Of a stretch of DNA of 63,311 bases, positions 27,517 through 37,753 are shown piece after piece (within the stretch, counting starts at the first letter, position 1; every line of letters starts with the position of its first letter). The position numbers and the translations under genes were made by a program. The notes beneath the pieces are model-generated. The model ran no database searches. It was not told the DNA's origin and was given only the letters and a program-made list of their open reading frames with translations. This DNA is from Candidatus Eiseniibacteriota bacterium (GTDB lineage: Bacteria > Arandabacterota > Arandabacteria > Arandabacterales > Arandabacteraceae). The stretch lies in assembly GCA_043810925.1 (NCBI GenBank), contig JBDRNT010000012.1, forward strand, positions 1-63,311, read 5' to 3'.

Positions 27517-30468
27517 ATGAGGAATGACAGAGGTTTCACCATGATTGAAACGGTCATCGTGCTTGCAGTGGCACTGGTGATTGCGGGTGGCGTCCTGCAT
27601 GTTCTGAGCCAGAGCAGACAAGCCTCACGGATCGCAGAACTGGACTCCCAGACGCAGCAGAATGCCAGGGCGGCCATTGACAATGTGATACGCGATCTCA
27701 GGAGCAATGGGTATGGGGTCGACGTCGGGAACGGGCAGACTGCCCTGGTCTTCGCCGGACCGAACGACGTCATCTTCAACGCCAATATCAGCCCCGTCCC
27801 CGATAACGGGAGCATTGCGGGCTATCCGACAGCGATCAGTACTTCGGCGTCACCCCCGACTGTGCCGGCGTCGGGGACGATTCTCTATGCGCCGTCCAGC
27901 ACTTTCGATACGGGTGCGGAAACGATCCGGTTCACATTTGACTCGACAAACGACGGTGTGATCAACGCGAGTGACAAGGTGGATGATGCGGTCGAGCAGA
28001 CCCAGAACCCGAATGATTATGTGCTCATCAGGCAGGTGTATGGCTACGACGGGTCTTCCAACGGTGGGACCAACGAGCCGATCGCACTGCTTCGGGGTCC
28101 TGATGCTTACGACGACGGGACCTACCCGAATCCGCTTTTCACATACTGGTACGATCATGACGACGATACCTCCACACCTGACAGACTATGGGGTGACGGA
28201 TCCGGGAATGGGGAGCTTGAAGATGCCGAGATCGCCGGACTCACTCCTGTATCCCTGGCCAACATAGGGAGGGTCAACTACATAGGGATCACCGCCACCG
28301 GGGCGGCCCGGGCGGTCGACATGGAACACTCCGGCGACGATGCCTTCAGGGAAACCCTGATGACCTCCCAGGTGAGTGTGAGGCGAAGCCGGCCGTCGTC
28401 TGCAGCCTACATCAGGGGCATTGTTTTCGACGATCTTACCGGAGACGGGACCATGCAACATGGCGAGCCCGGACTCAACGGTGTCACGGTCAGACTCAAC
28501 ACAGGTATCCAGAAGCAGACCGGCGCGGACGGGACGTACGCTTTCAGGGTGGATCCGGGTGAATATACAGTCAACGAAACCGACCCCGTGGGATATAACT
28601 CGACTACCCCGAATGCTGTGGGTGTCACTGCCATAAAGGGAGGCGTTGCCGTAGCCAACTTCGGAGACAGGGCGATCGGCGGATACGGCGGCATTCTGGG
28701 GTTGGTACGGCTCTATGATGACACTGACGGAGACGGAGACCTGGATCTAACCGCGTATGGGATTAACGGTGTCCAGATCTATCTTAATACAGGGGAGCGC
28801 GACACGACTGATGTTCGAGGGTCCTACGCGTTTCTGGTTCCGGCCTCTTCATACTCGATAACGATGGTGGTACCCAGCGGATATCTTGCCGTGGGTCCGG
28901 CAACGGTCACGAGAACCATACCCGCGGAGGGCGATACGGTGATGGTCAACTTCGGTCTGGAGGTGACGAGCGAGACCGGAACCATCGCGGGCAAGGTCTA
29001 TGTTGATACGGACGAGGATGGTACGTTGGACCTCGGTGAGTCGGGGATAGCCAGCGTCATGGTCAGACTCAGCACCGGTGATAGCACCGACACGGACGCG
29101 AGCGGCGATTACTCGTTCACGGTGCTTCCGGGCACGTACGATGTCACCGAAGAGGACCTGGGCGGCTATACATCCACCACGATAAACAATGTCACAGGTG
29201 TTGTCGTCGCGACGGACTCGGTGTCCACCGTCGATTTCGGAGACATGCTTGCCGCCGACCTAAGCTTCACCGTGATAACCCTGGGCGAGACCCAGAGGGC
29301 CCTGTGTATCGCCTCCGCCGATCTCGGCGAGAAGGGCGACAGCAACTTAGATCAGGAGATAATACTCGGTACCAAGTACGTCTCAGGGATAAGCAACCTC
29401 AACGTATGGAAGAATCTGTGGGAGAACCAGAGCACGCCGAACTCGGCCGTCTTCGACCAGACTCCGTGGTACAGCGTGACCCCGAACGAGGATATTTTCT
29501 CGGTTGCCAGCGGCGACGTCAACGGAGATTCCAGAAACGATGTGCTGAGCGGTCTTACGTCTTCATCGGGAAAGACGCTCGTATGGATCACAATGGGTAA
29601 CGGAAACAACGCAGGGAAGCTCCCCAGTTCACCGAGCAGTTACTTCATATCGAGCGGCTCGGATATCCTGACGACAGTGCTCCATGATGCCAATATCGAC
29701 GGCGATCTCGATGCTTTGATCGGGACCAAGTACTTTGCGAACCAGGGCAGGTTCGAAGTCTGGTCTAATAACGGGTCAGGCAGCTTCAGTCACAGCGGAA
29801 GCGATGTCTATGAGCTCGCAGGCGGCCACCTGCTCGGGGCGGTGACATCGCTCGCAGTCGGTGACATTGCCGGGAATGGATACAATGATGTCGTACTCGG
29901 AACTGCAACGGGGGCGTATGCGGGCAAGATCGAGATCTTCACTTCAAACGGGGCCAGTGGGACTTACTCCTATTTCACAACCATTGAGGCGACGGGTGAG
30001 GTAAATGCAGTAGCACTCTGTGACATGCTCGAGGATTCCGATGGTGACGTAGACATCATAGTGGGTACATCGACCGGCGTCGGCATGGGCTGGGTGGAGC
30101 TCTGGCACAATAACAGCGACGGCACCTTCGGAGTGGACTACGGCGGTGGCACCTATTCGCCGTCCGACACGATACAGTTCAATGGTGAAGTCCTGTGTCT
30201 CGGGGTCGAGCACTTTGACAGAGATGTGTACCCCGATCTGGCCGTTGGTCTTAAGAACTCCGCTTCGTACACCGGCGAAATCAGGGTCTTCCAGTGCTAC
30301 GGCTACCTGCCGTCGGCGGACAATTCCTGGATAAGCCCTGATATCGGTGAAGCGATCACGATGACCGTGAACGACTTCAACAAGGACTATGCCTACGATA
30401 TGGCTGCGGGAACACGGACAACGCTGAGTAACGGTCATGTCGTAGTCTTCTTCAACGACAACAACTAA
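27517..30468 (+). CDS. Large PilW-like minor pilin with SdrD-B/Cna-like repeats and FG-GAP/VCBS-like C-terminal domain
   Basis: G|FTMIETVIV, QQNARAAI..IRDLR..G; three G.V..D.DGDG....E.G..GV.V.L repeats; repeated GDVNGD/DANIDGDLD motifs. Confidence 0.82.
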   Translation: MRNDRGFTMIETVIVLAVALVIAGGVLHVLSQSRQASRIAELDSQTQQNARAAIDNVIRDLRSNGYGVDVGNGQTALVFAGPNDVIFNANISPVPDNGSIAGYPTAISTSASPPTVPASGTILYAPSSTFDTGAETIRFTFDSTNDGVINASDKVDDAVEQTQNPNDYVLIRQVYGYDGSSNGGTNEPIALLRGPDAYDDGTYPNPLFTYWYDHDDDTSTPDRLWGDGSGNGELEDAEIAGLTPVSLANIGRVNYIGITATGAARAVDMEHSGDDAFRETLMTSQVSVRRSRPSSAAYIRGIVFDDLTGDGTMQHGEPGLNGVTVRLNTGIQKQTGADGTYAFRVDPGEYTVNETDPVGYNSTTPNAVGVTAIKGGVAVANFGDRAIGGYGGILGLVRLYDDTDGDGDLDLTAYGINGVQIYLNTGERDTTDVRGSYAFLVPASSYSITMVVPSGYLAVGPATVTRTIPAEGDTVMVNFGLEVTSETGTIAGKVYVDTDEDGTLDLGESGIASVMVRLSTGDSTDTDASGDYSFTVLPGTYDVTEEDLGGYTSTTINNVTGVVVATDSVSTVDFGDMLAADLSFTVITLGETQRALCIASADLGEKGDSNLDQEIILGTKYVSGISNLNVWKNLWENQSTPNSAVFDQTPWYSVTPNEDIFSVASGDVNGDSRNDVLSGLTSSSGKTLVWITMGNGNNAGKLPSSPSSYFISSGSDILTTVLHDANIDGDLDALIGTKYFANQGRFEVWSNNGSGSFSHSGSDVYELAGGHLLGAVTSLAVGDIAGNGYNDVVLGTATGAYAGKIEIFTSNGASGTYSYFTTIEATGEVNAVALCDMLEDSDGDVDIIVGTSTGVGMGWVELWHNNSDGTFGVDYGGGTYSPSDTIQFNGEVLCLGVEHFDRDVYPDLAVGLKNSASYTGEIRVFQCYGYLPSADNSWISPDIGEAITMTVNDFNKDYAYDMAAGTRTTLSNGHVVVFFNDNN

Positions 30469-30480
30469 GGGGGGATAGAA

Positions 30481-31779
30481 ATGAACTGCTGCCGCAATGA
30501 GAATGGGACCGGGCTCGTGCTCGCAGTCCTTACGGTAGTGGCCCTGTTCGCACTGGGCACGGCTCTTGCTTTTCTGACGAGGACCGATGTCAACATCGCC
30601 AAGCACCAGACCCTACAGGCTGAAGCGATCTATGTGGCCGAGGCGGGTGTTGAAGAAGCCCTCCACAGGTTGTCGATGACCGACCCCACGAATGTGACGG
30701 TCAACGGCTCGACCATCAATGCAGCGATAGGTGACGCCACCAATCCGTATGATCCTGATTGGAAGGCCAGAGTCTTCCTGGCCCGGCCCGGGCAGGAACC
30801 GGTGCCGCCCGTAGGGGTGGATCATACGGTCACAATCCAGGATGCAGGTTCATGGCTCGAGTACAGTGATGACAGCGATCTCAATCAAGCACTTACAATC
30901 GAGCACAAGTGGAAGGATCTTGACGATGACGGCGTAAGGGAAGCGGGGGAGATAGTGCTTTACGATGCTACACAGTATCCCCCGGAGAATTTTGTGTCAG
31001 GCACACCCGTCGAGGTAGTCACGGTCAATGCACGCAGTGCGACGGCCGAAAGACAGGTGCTGGTGGAAGCGGTGAGGTTTCCACTGAGCGTAAATGTCAA
31101 GGCGGCCTTGCTCAGTGATAAGGGCGTCGACGTCCGGGGGAACGTGACCGTTTGCGGCCATGATCATGCGATGGCCACACCACACTACACTATGCTTCCC
31201 GCCTGCCAGGCCTGGGAGCTATGCTCGAACCGGACAACGTGCCCGACCACAGGGTGCCTGGTGGGTATCATGACCACGGGGGATGAGGTGGACCGGCGGG
31301 GCTCGACCGATGTAGCGGGTGAGCCCGCCCCGGTAGATACTTCATCCTCAAACGAGTTCTATACGCTGGCACAGACGCTGGGTATAGGTCAGGACATGGT
31401 GGATGAGATTCTTGCCGGTGCCGACTACCACGCAATCAAGGAAGTCGAGCCTCAGGACGGCATAACCTATATCGACAATGCGGGTGGTTCAGAGGTGCAG
31501 TGGACCGGTGGCGGTAGTGGTTCGGGTCTGCTCTATGTGACGGGTGACTTCAAAATCGCCAGCAACATCCAGTGGAAAGGTTTGATCTATGTCGAGGGCG
31601 ACTTCAGGATCACGGGCACGCCTTCGATCATAGGTGCTATCATCGTCAAGGGCGTCAGCGACTACTGCTTCTCAGGCGGCAATCCCGGCATTCTCTTCAG
31701 CAGCGAGGCCATCATAAATACCATCTCGAAGCACCTCGATTTTGTCAGGATAGGCTGGAAGGAGACAAGCGGGCTTTAG
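30481..31779 (+). CDS. pilX: PilX-like pilus assembly protein
   Basis: ENG|TGLVLAVL (no E5), AIYVAEAGVEEA, C-terminal GLLYVTGD/GLIYVEGD repeats, ends WKE. Confidence 0.8.
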   Translation: MNCCRNENGTGLVLAVLTVVALFALGTALAFLTRTDVNIAKHQTLQAEAIYVAEAGVEEALHRLSMTDPTNVTVNGSTINAAIGDATNPYDPDWKARVFLARPGQEPVPPVGVDHTVTIQDAGSWLEYSDDSDLNQALTIEHKWKDLDDDGVREAGEIVLYDATQYPPENFVSGTPVEVVTVNARSATAERQVLVEAVRFPLSVNVKAALLSDKGVDVRGNVTVCGHDHAMATPHYTMLPACQAWELCSNRTTCPTTGCLVGIMTTGDEVDRRGSTDVAGEPAPVDTSSSNEFYTLAQTLGIGQDMVDEILAGADYHAIKEVEPQDGITYIDNAGGSEVQWTGGGSGSGLLYVTGDFKIASNIQWKGLIYVEGDFRITGTPSIIGAIIVKGVSDYCFSGGNPGILFSSEAIINTISKHLDFVRIGWKETSGL

Positions 31780-31891
31780 CCCGGACCAGGGACAACCGTA
31801 AATCTGCTTGACTGGGCACCTTCCCGGTGCGAACATCCAGATATCGCACTAAACAGGAGGGCCTGCCCTGGTCGGAAGAATCCCCAAAGAG

Positions 31892-32617
31892 TTGAAGGTC
31901 AGCGTTCTCACGATCTTCGGCATCCTCTTCACGGTCGGCATCGGGCTTATGCTGCGGCGCGTCTTGCCCTTCGGGAGTCGTGTAATAGCAAGTGAAGGGG
32001 CATTCGTCTTCTTCATCATATACGGGCTCGCATTTTCTCTCTTATCATCGGCCACCACCGTCATTCGAACAAGAGACGCGGTGATATTGATTTTCGCGGC
32101 GACCATTATATGGGGTGTATTTCTCGAGGGGGATCTGGCTGTCGGCATGATCAGGTGTCTGGCACTTGCCACGTGCATAGTCTTCGCCATAAGGTGGCTT
32201 CCGGTCAGGCGTGTTTCATCAGGTTTCAGGACGATTGCCTGGAGAGATGTCATCGCTGCAGTGTTGGCTGTGAGTATTGTCTGGGGTGTCGTCACCGCGC
32301 GGATCGGTGCGCTCGGGATGGTACGGTTCATAACCTTCGCCACACTTGTGACGTTGGGTTTGCTCATCGGCCGCGGGCTATCATCGGGTTCGGCCGCGGG
32401 TTGGCGGGTGTGTCTGGGGACTGTGTTTCCTGCCGTGCTCTGCGGTATCGGAGGGCTCATATACCGTGGTGTCGTAACCCGGCTTGTGCCTGTGGGTGCA
32501 GTTATCGCGCGACCGGTCGTCGGTTCCTTCTGGGGGCTCTCACTCGGTCTGGCCGTCGGGTTGGGGATCTCGATTGGAAGTGAGGTGGTCGAATGGATGG
32601 TGGGGAGGGTGAGATAG
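31892..32617 (+). CDS. Hypothetical multi-pass membrane protein
   Basis: 241-aa strongly hydrophobic ORF. Confidence 0.6.
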   Translation: MKVSVLTIFGILFTVGIGLMLRRVLPFGSRVIASEGAFVFFIIYGLAFSLLSSATTVIRTRDAVILIFAATIIWGVFLEGDLAVGMIRCLALATCIVFAIRWLPVRRVSSGFRTIAWRDVIAAVLAVSIVWGVVTARIGALGMVRFITFATLVTLGLLIGRGLSSGSAAGWRVCLGTVFPAVLCGIGGLIYRGVVTRLVPVGAVIARPVVGSFWGLSLGLAVGLGISIGSEVVEWMVGRVR

Positions 32618-33399
32618 GGAAGGGCAAGGTGATAGTCGGGACCTCGGGGTACAGTTTTGCCGACTGGGTGGGGAATTTCTATCCTTCGGGCATACGCAAG
32701 GGCGATATGCTCAAGGAGTACTGTAAGCACTTCACAGCCGTGGAGGTCAACTCGACCTACTACCGGATTCCGCACCCGGTGGTGTTTCGGCGGATGGAAG
32801 AGAAGACCCCGGATGGGTTTGAGTTTGTGATCAAGCTCAACCAGGCGATGACTCATAAACTCTCAAAGGAAGAATCTCTCTACAGGAGCTTCGAAGACGC
32901 GATCCAGCCCGTGATCGAGGTGGGCAAGTTCGGCGGCCTGATTGCCCAGTTTCCGTGGGGATTCAAGCGGACACCGGACAATGTGGCCCACCTTGAGTTC
33001 ATAAAGGAGCAATTGAGCGAGTACCCGCTCTTTGTCGAGTTCCGGAACAGTCAGTGGATCACTGATGATTTGTTTGAGGGTCTTACGACACGGGGAATCG
33101 GATACTGTTCGGTCGATGAACCCCGGCTCAAGGGGCTTGTACCGCCCGTGGCGAAAGTGACGACGGACATCGGGTATGCGAGACTGCACGGCCGAAACGC
33201 CAAAAACTGGTGGGGTCGTGGAGGTGGGGACAGATACGACTACCTTTACAGTGAAGACGAGCTCAGGGAGTGGGTTGCCAAGATAACCGAGATGTCCCGT
33301 AAGGCGAAAAAGACTTACATCTTCTTCAACAACTGCCACGCAGGCCAGGCCGCCCGCAACGCCACGCTGATGAAAGAACTTCTGAGTCTACCGCTATAG
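32593..33399 (+). CDS. DUF72 domain protein (true start may be ~32629)
   Basis: VGTSGYSFADW, VEVNSTYY, QFP, VEFRN, YARLHGRN, RYDYLYS..EL, FFNNC. Confidence 0.93.
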   Translation: MDGGEGEIGKGKVIVGTSGYSFADWVGNFYPSGIRKGDMLKEYCKHFTAVEVNSTYYRIPHPVVFRRMEEKTPDGFEFVIKLNQAMTHKLSKEESLYRSFEDAIQPVIEVGKFGGLIAQFPWGFKRTPDNVAHLEFIKEQLSEYPLFVEFRNSQWITDDLFEGLTTRGIGYCSVDEPRLKGLVPPVAKVTTDIGYARLHGRNAKNWWGRGGGDRYDYLYSEDELREWVAKITEMSRKAKKTYIFFNNCHAGQAARNATLMKELLSLPL

Positions 33400-33408
33400 T
33401 CCGGAGAC

Positions 33409-33439
33409 AAAAAAGGGAAGCCGGCAGAACCGGCTCCCC
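33409..33439 (-). terminator. Rho-independent terminator of the dockerin-like gene
   Basis: Minus strand GGGGAGCCGG-N5-CCGGCTTCCC followed by TTTTTT, between convergent genes. Confidence 0.7.
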
Positions 33440-33467
33440 ATGCCTCGTTCTCTTTACCCCACGCCCG

Positions 33468-34055
33468 CTATGGGCAAACGTGCAGATAGTGTGACGCAAA
33501 GATGATGAAATCCTGCAGGTCGACCAGGCCGCTGCAGTCGAAATCACCGCAAGGATTGGTCGTCAGATAATAACCCGCAAACAGGATAAAGTCCTGCAGA
33601 TTGACGATGCAATCGCCGTTTATGTCGGGGCTCCTTACCTCTATGGTCGGAGACGGAGTGAAGACAATGCCGTCACTCTGCGCGCCGAACTGAATCGTAC
33701 CGCAGCCGCCAAAGTCGGTGAAGTAGAAGAAGCACTGACCGTTAATGTCTGTGACATCAGTCTGCAGACTTTCACCAGGGCACCAACAGAAAACACCTGC
33801 GACCTCTTCGGCCCAGCAGTCCACTGTCATACCGGGAAGAGGGTCACCATAGATGTTTCTTACCGTTACGGTCACCTGTATCGCACCGATATCGCTGGCA
33901 GGGCACACAATAGCAATATCAGGATCACATGTACCCGGAGAACCCTGACCTTCTCTTTCTACTGTTGACGTACTGGCATTAGGAATGCCGGCAGCGGCGA
34001 CTCCAGCTACTGCGAGACTCAGGATGACCATTGCTGAAACAACGAAAACTCTCAT
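33468..34055 (-). CDS. Secreted Cys-rich protein with Ig-like region and dockerin/EF-hand-like duplicated C-terminal repeat
   Basis: Signal peptide; VTVTVRNIYGDPLPG; DINGDCIVNLQDF and DFDCSGLVDLQDF repeats. Confidence 0.75.
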   Translation of the reverse strand: MRVFVVSAMVILSLAVAGVAAAGIPNASTSTVEREGQGSPGTCDPDIAIVCPASDIGAIQVTVTVRNIYGDPLPGMTVDCWAEEVAGVFCWCPGESLQTDVTDINGQCFFYFTDFGGCGTIQFGAQSDGIVFTPSPTIEVRSPDINGDCIVNLQDFILFAGYYLTTNPCGDFDCSGLVDLQDFIIFASHYLHVCP

Positions 34056-34464
34056 TTTCCTTACCTCCGTTTGACTTCCCAATTTCTTAAGCCCTCCTGA
34101 TCTACCTAGCACCCCCTTCCGCTTAACTTCTCAATCTCAAGGTATATACTTAGCTGCGACCATCATGTTATAGGATACCATAATACTTGCCATATTGTCA
34201 AGCACTCCCGGTACTATAATTGCAGCAAGTGCTGTGCCGGGAGACGTCCAATTTGGCCTGCTTCGCCGCCTTCATCCCCCTTCTCGTCACGACCAATCGG
34301 CGCGCTGGTACACCCGGTTGTTTGTGTGTTCACGACTTGCAGCTTTTCACAGCTCACCGTGCTGTTGTTTTCACATTTAGAGCAGAATGTACGGAAAGTC
34401 AAGGCATTAGTGATTGACCCGGGATGCCGGCTGATAGTAGCATGAGCGGAGTAAGGGGGACTTT

Positions 34465-36435
34465 GTGTTTGCCAAGACCATCTCGAAGATTTCGGCTGAA
34501 TCATCGGCCGAACGCGCCTTCGATCACGTGACGCGAATATCTCAATTCCATCGCATCCAGGCAAGTCCCGGTTATCGAGAGGCAGCCGAATACTGTCTGA
34601 CTCACCTGCACGAAACGTCACCCGATGCCCGAATGATCGCCTATCCGGCCGAGACCGGTGTGAATTTCTGGCAGTTTCCGTCTTTTGACGAGTGGTCCGG
34701 CAAACGAGGTGTTCTTAAGATCACGGGTCCTGCGAAGCTTGCGGGGAAGGTAGCTGACTTCGAGAACTGTCCTATTTCACTCATCCAGCGAAGCAGGGCA
34801 ACACCACCCAGAGGGCTGACAACCGAGATCGTGTATGTTGGTGATGGTAAAGAAGCCAGGGATTACCGTAAGGCAAAGGGCAAGATCGTTATCTGTGATG
34901 CCCACTGTCCGCACCAGGTATACGATGCTGCCTTAAAGGCGGGTGTTGAGGGTATCATACTCTACAGGCAGCGTCCGCTTCCCGGACTGAGGTTCGGCTC
35001 GGGTCTCAGGGGAATACGTCAGTATAACTCCTTCTGGTGGGATCAAAAGAGTCTGTTTGGATTCGTGCTCACACCGGAGGATGGCGAGAGGATTGTATCG
35101 TACCTGACGTCGCCTGGGTCGAAGAAACAACCGGTCAAGGCATGGGCACTTGTTGAGGGTGAGACATACCCCGGTTCGCTAGAGGTTGTGACTTCGCTGG
35201 TGAATGGTGAAGAGCCCGGTGAGATCGTCGTGGTCGCCCATCTTTGCCACCCTAAGCCATCTGCCGGTGACAATGCTTCGGGTGTGGCCGCCTTACTTGA
35301 AGCTCAAAGGGTGATGACCGGACTCATAGCCAGGTGTGAGCTCCAAAGGCCCCGATACGGAATCAGGTTCTTGATCGTACCAGAAATGACCGGGACTTTT
35401 GCGTTTCTCTCAAGAGAGCACGATATCAGAAAGCGTCTGCTCCTCGGACTCAACCTCGACATGGTTGGGCAGGATCAGGACGTGACGGGTGCAACGCTTT
35501 GCATTGAGGCGCCTCCTCTTTCCGCGCCGTCCTTCACCCCGTTCTTGCTTGAGAGCTTTGTGAGAAAGGCTTTCGCCGGGGGATCGAATCCGGGGGGGAC
35601 CAGTTCGCTCGTCTCACTCAGGATGCAGGCGACGGAGTTCTCCGGCGGGAGTGACCACTACATACTTTCCGATCCGACGGTCGGGGTTCCAACGCCCATG
35701 CTCATTCAATGGCCCGACAAGTTCTACCACACGAGTGGAGATACGCCCGATAAGGTTTCTCCTGATGTCCTCAGGCGAATCGTAGTGGCCACCCTCGCCT
35801 ATGCCTACACATGCGCGCTCGCTCGTGAGGAGGAGATGGTGGAGGTGGCAGTGCTCACAGGCAGAGCCCTCAGGAAGCGGGTGGTCGATGAGATGGGGTC
35901 CTTCGCCACGTCTGAAGCACCGATCTGGATTACACCCGCGTACAAGGCGGCCACCTTGATGAACCATGGCAAGCGTGCACTCGCATCGGTCGGGAAGCTG
36001 CTTCCCGGTTCGAAAAATCTGAAGGCAAGAATCAAGGCAGAGGAGAGGGCACTTGCTCAATGCGTTGCCGGAGAGACTGCGGTGTCCTCATCACAGAAAC
36101 TCAAATCGAAATCGAAAGGCCGGGCGGACCGAGGCAAGCTGGCCGCGTATACGCATCTGCGCGTCAGGCGACTCCTTCCGGGCCCGGTCGATCCCGGTGC
36201 CGCCGTCAGGCGGGTCAGCGCATCTCGCCGGACCCGTTACTGGAAGTGGATGAAGAAGGAGAGCAGGGCATACATGATGCAGACGCTTGCGCTCTACTGG
36301 GTAGACGGCAGGAGGAGTATCGCCGAGATTTCCCGTCTCGTTGCGGCGGAGGTCGGTTACACGAACCCGGAGTTCCTCAAGTTCTATTTCCAGCTACTCG
36401 AGGACGTGGGCGCCGTAGAGATCCTCTCACGCTGA
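34465..36435 (+). CDS. DUF4910 / M28-like aminopeptidase family protein
   Basis: HRIQASPG, PA-like insert, AHLCHPKPSAGDNASG, PEMTG, NLDMVG, GGSDH, FYHTSGD, C-terminal HTH-like segment. Confidence 0.88.
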   Translation: MFAKTISKISAESSAERAFDHVTRISQFHRIQASPGYREAAEYCLTHLHETSPDARMIAYPAETGVNFWQFPSFDEWSGKRGVLKITGPAKLAGKVADFENCPISLIQRSRATPPRGLTTEIVYVGDGKEARDYRKAKGKIVICDAHCPHQVYDAALKAGVEGIILYRQRPLPGLRFGSGLRGIRQYNSFWWDQKSLFGFVLTPEDGERIVSYLTSPGSKKQPVKAWALVEGETYPGSLEVVTSLVNGEEPGEIVVVAHLCHPKPSAGDNASGVAALLEAQRVMTGLIARCELQRPRYGIRFLIVPEMTGTFAFLSREHDIRKRLLLGLNLDMVGQDQDVTGATLCIEAPPLSAPSFTPFLLESFVRKAFAGGSNPGGTSSLVSLRMQATEFSGGSDHYILSDPTVGVPTPMLIQWPDKFYHTSGDTPDKVSPDVLRRIVVATLAYAYTCALAREEEMVEVAVLTGRALRKRVVDEMGSFATSEAPIWITPAYKAATLMNHGKRALASVGKLLPGSKNLKARIKAEERALAQCVAGETAVSSSQKLKSKSKGRADRGKLAAYTHLRVRRLLPGPVDPGAAVRRVSASRRTRYWKWMKKESRAYMMQTLALYWVDGRRSIAEISRLVAAEVGYTNPEFLKFYFQLLEDVGAVEILSR

Positions 36436-36517
36436 CCCCGCCTATCCCGGATTTGTTTGTTCTTGACACCCCGGGCGAATTTGTGGTTAGTATGTGTGAG
36501 TAACTGGAAGGGGGAAT

Positions 36518-37741
36518 ATGCGCAGGTACGCAGTCCTGGTTGTCATACTGCTTTTGGGATCTCACCTGCCAGCCTCACTTTTAGCTCAAGAACCCACCGA
36601 TTCAGCAGCCGTAACGGAGATGATCACTGTCCCCCCACCGGCATATCTTGAAGTCTACGACACACCGAGCGATCATGGCGGGAACATAACTCTCGAGTGG
36701 GGTCTCTCACCCGACGACGGCGCCGGGAGGGATGACGTTACCGGCTATCAGATCCTGCGTGGGGAAGGTCCGACCGGTTATTTCGAGATGGTTGGCGAGG
36801 TTCTCAAAGGGGTCACGCGTTTCGTCGATAACACCACGGCCGACGGTACGCAGTACCATTACAGAGTGGCAGCCGTGGCCGGAGGAGGGTTGAGCGAGCG
36901 AATCCTGGCGGGCCCTGTCACGTCGGGCCAGCAATGGTTCGACCGGACCAGGTCGAATCTGGTGGTGATAGCCATCCTGCTGGTCATTGCAATAACCTAT
37001 TACATATACCAGGGTGCGAAGGGCAAGGACCTCCACATAAGGAAGATAGCGGGGCTTGAAGCGGTCGATGAAGCCGTGGGTCGGGCCACCGAGATGGGCC
37101 GGTCGATTCTCTTTGTACCGGGCATCCAGGACATGGACAACGTGCAGACCGTTGCGGGTATCGCCATCTTGAGCAACATTGCCAAACGTACGGCCATGTA
37201 TGAGACAAAACTTGATGTTCCCGTATCCCGATCGATCACTATGAGTGTCGGACGGGAGACCGTGAAGCAGGCCTATCTTGAAGCCGGAAGGCCGGATCTT
37301 TATAACGATGACATCGTCCATTACATAACCGATGAGCAATTCGGCTATGTCGCGGCGGTTGACGGTATAATGGTGAGAGAGAAACCGGCTGCATGCTTCT
37401 ATCTCGGGGCATTTTTCGCCGAGTCTCTGATACTTGCGGAGACAGGCAGTTCGATCGGTGCGATTCAGGTTGCAGGTACGGCAATGCCGACGCAGTTGCC
37501 GTTCTTTGTTGCGGCCTGTGACTATACTCTGATAGGCGAGGAGTTGTTTGCCGCAAGCGCATACTTGTCCAAGGACAGGAAGATGATGGGGAGTCTTAAG
37601 GGACAGGATGCGGGCAAGGCCATCGCGATGATCTTCATAGTTGTCGGGGTGGGAATTGCGACACTCGCCGCGATGACGGGCAGTGACGGGCTGACGGCAG
37701 CAAGCGAATGGCTGCGCAGGCTGTTCAGTCTGAATTTCTGA
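36518..37741 (+). CDS. Fibronectin-III + DUF6754-like membrane protein
   Basis: Signal peptide, FN3 (LEW...GYQILR...YHYRVAA), IRKIAGLEAVDEAVGRATEMGR, QLPFFVAACDYTLIGEELFAASAYLS. Confidence 0.85.
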   Translation: MRRYAVLVVILLLGSHLPASLLAQEPTDSAAVTEMITVPPPAYLEVYDTPSDHGGNITLEWGLSPDDGAGRDDVTGYQILRGEGPTGYFEMVGEVLKGVTRFVDNTTADGTQYHYRVAAVAGGGLSERILAGPVTSGQQWFDRTRSNLVVIAILLVIAITYYIYQGAKGKDLHIRKIAGLEAVDEAVGRATEMGRSILFVPGIQDMDNVQTVAGIAILSNIAKRTAMYETKLDVPVSRSITMSVGRETVKQAYLEAGRPDLYNDDIVHYITDEQFGYVAAVDGIMVREKPAACFYLGAFFAESLILAETGSSIGAIQVAGTAMPTQLPFFVAACDYTLIGEELFAASAYLSKDRKMMGSLKGQDAGKAIAMIFIVVGVGIATLAAMTGSDGLTAASEWLRRLFSLNF

Positions 37742-37753
37742 GGGGGCCGATAG

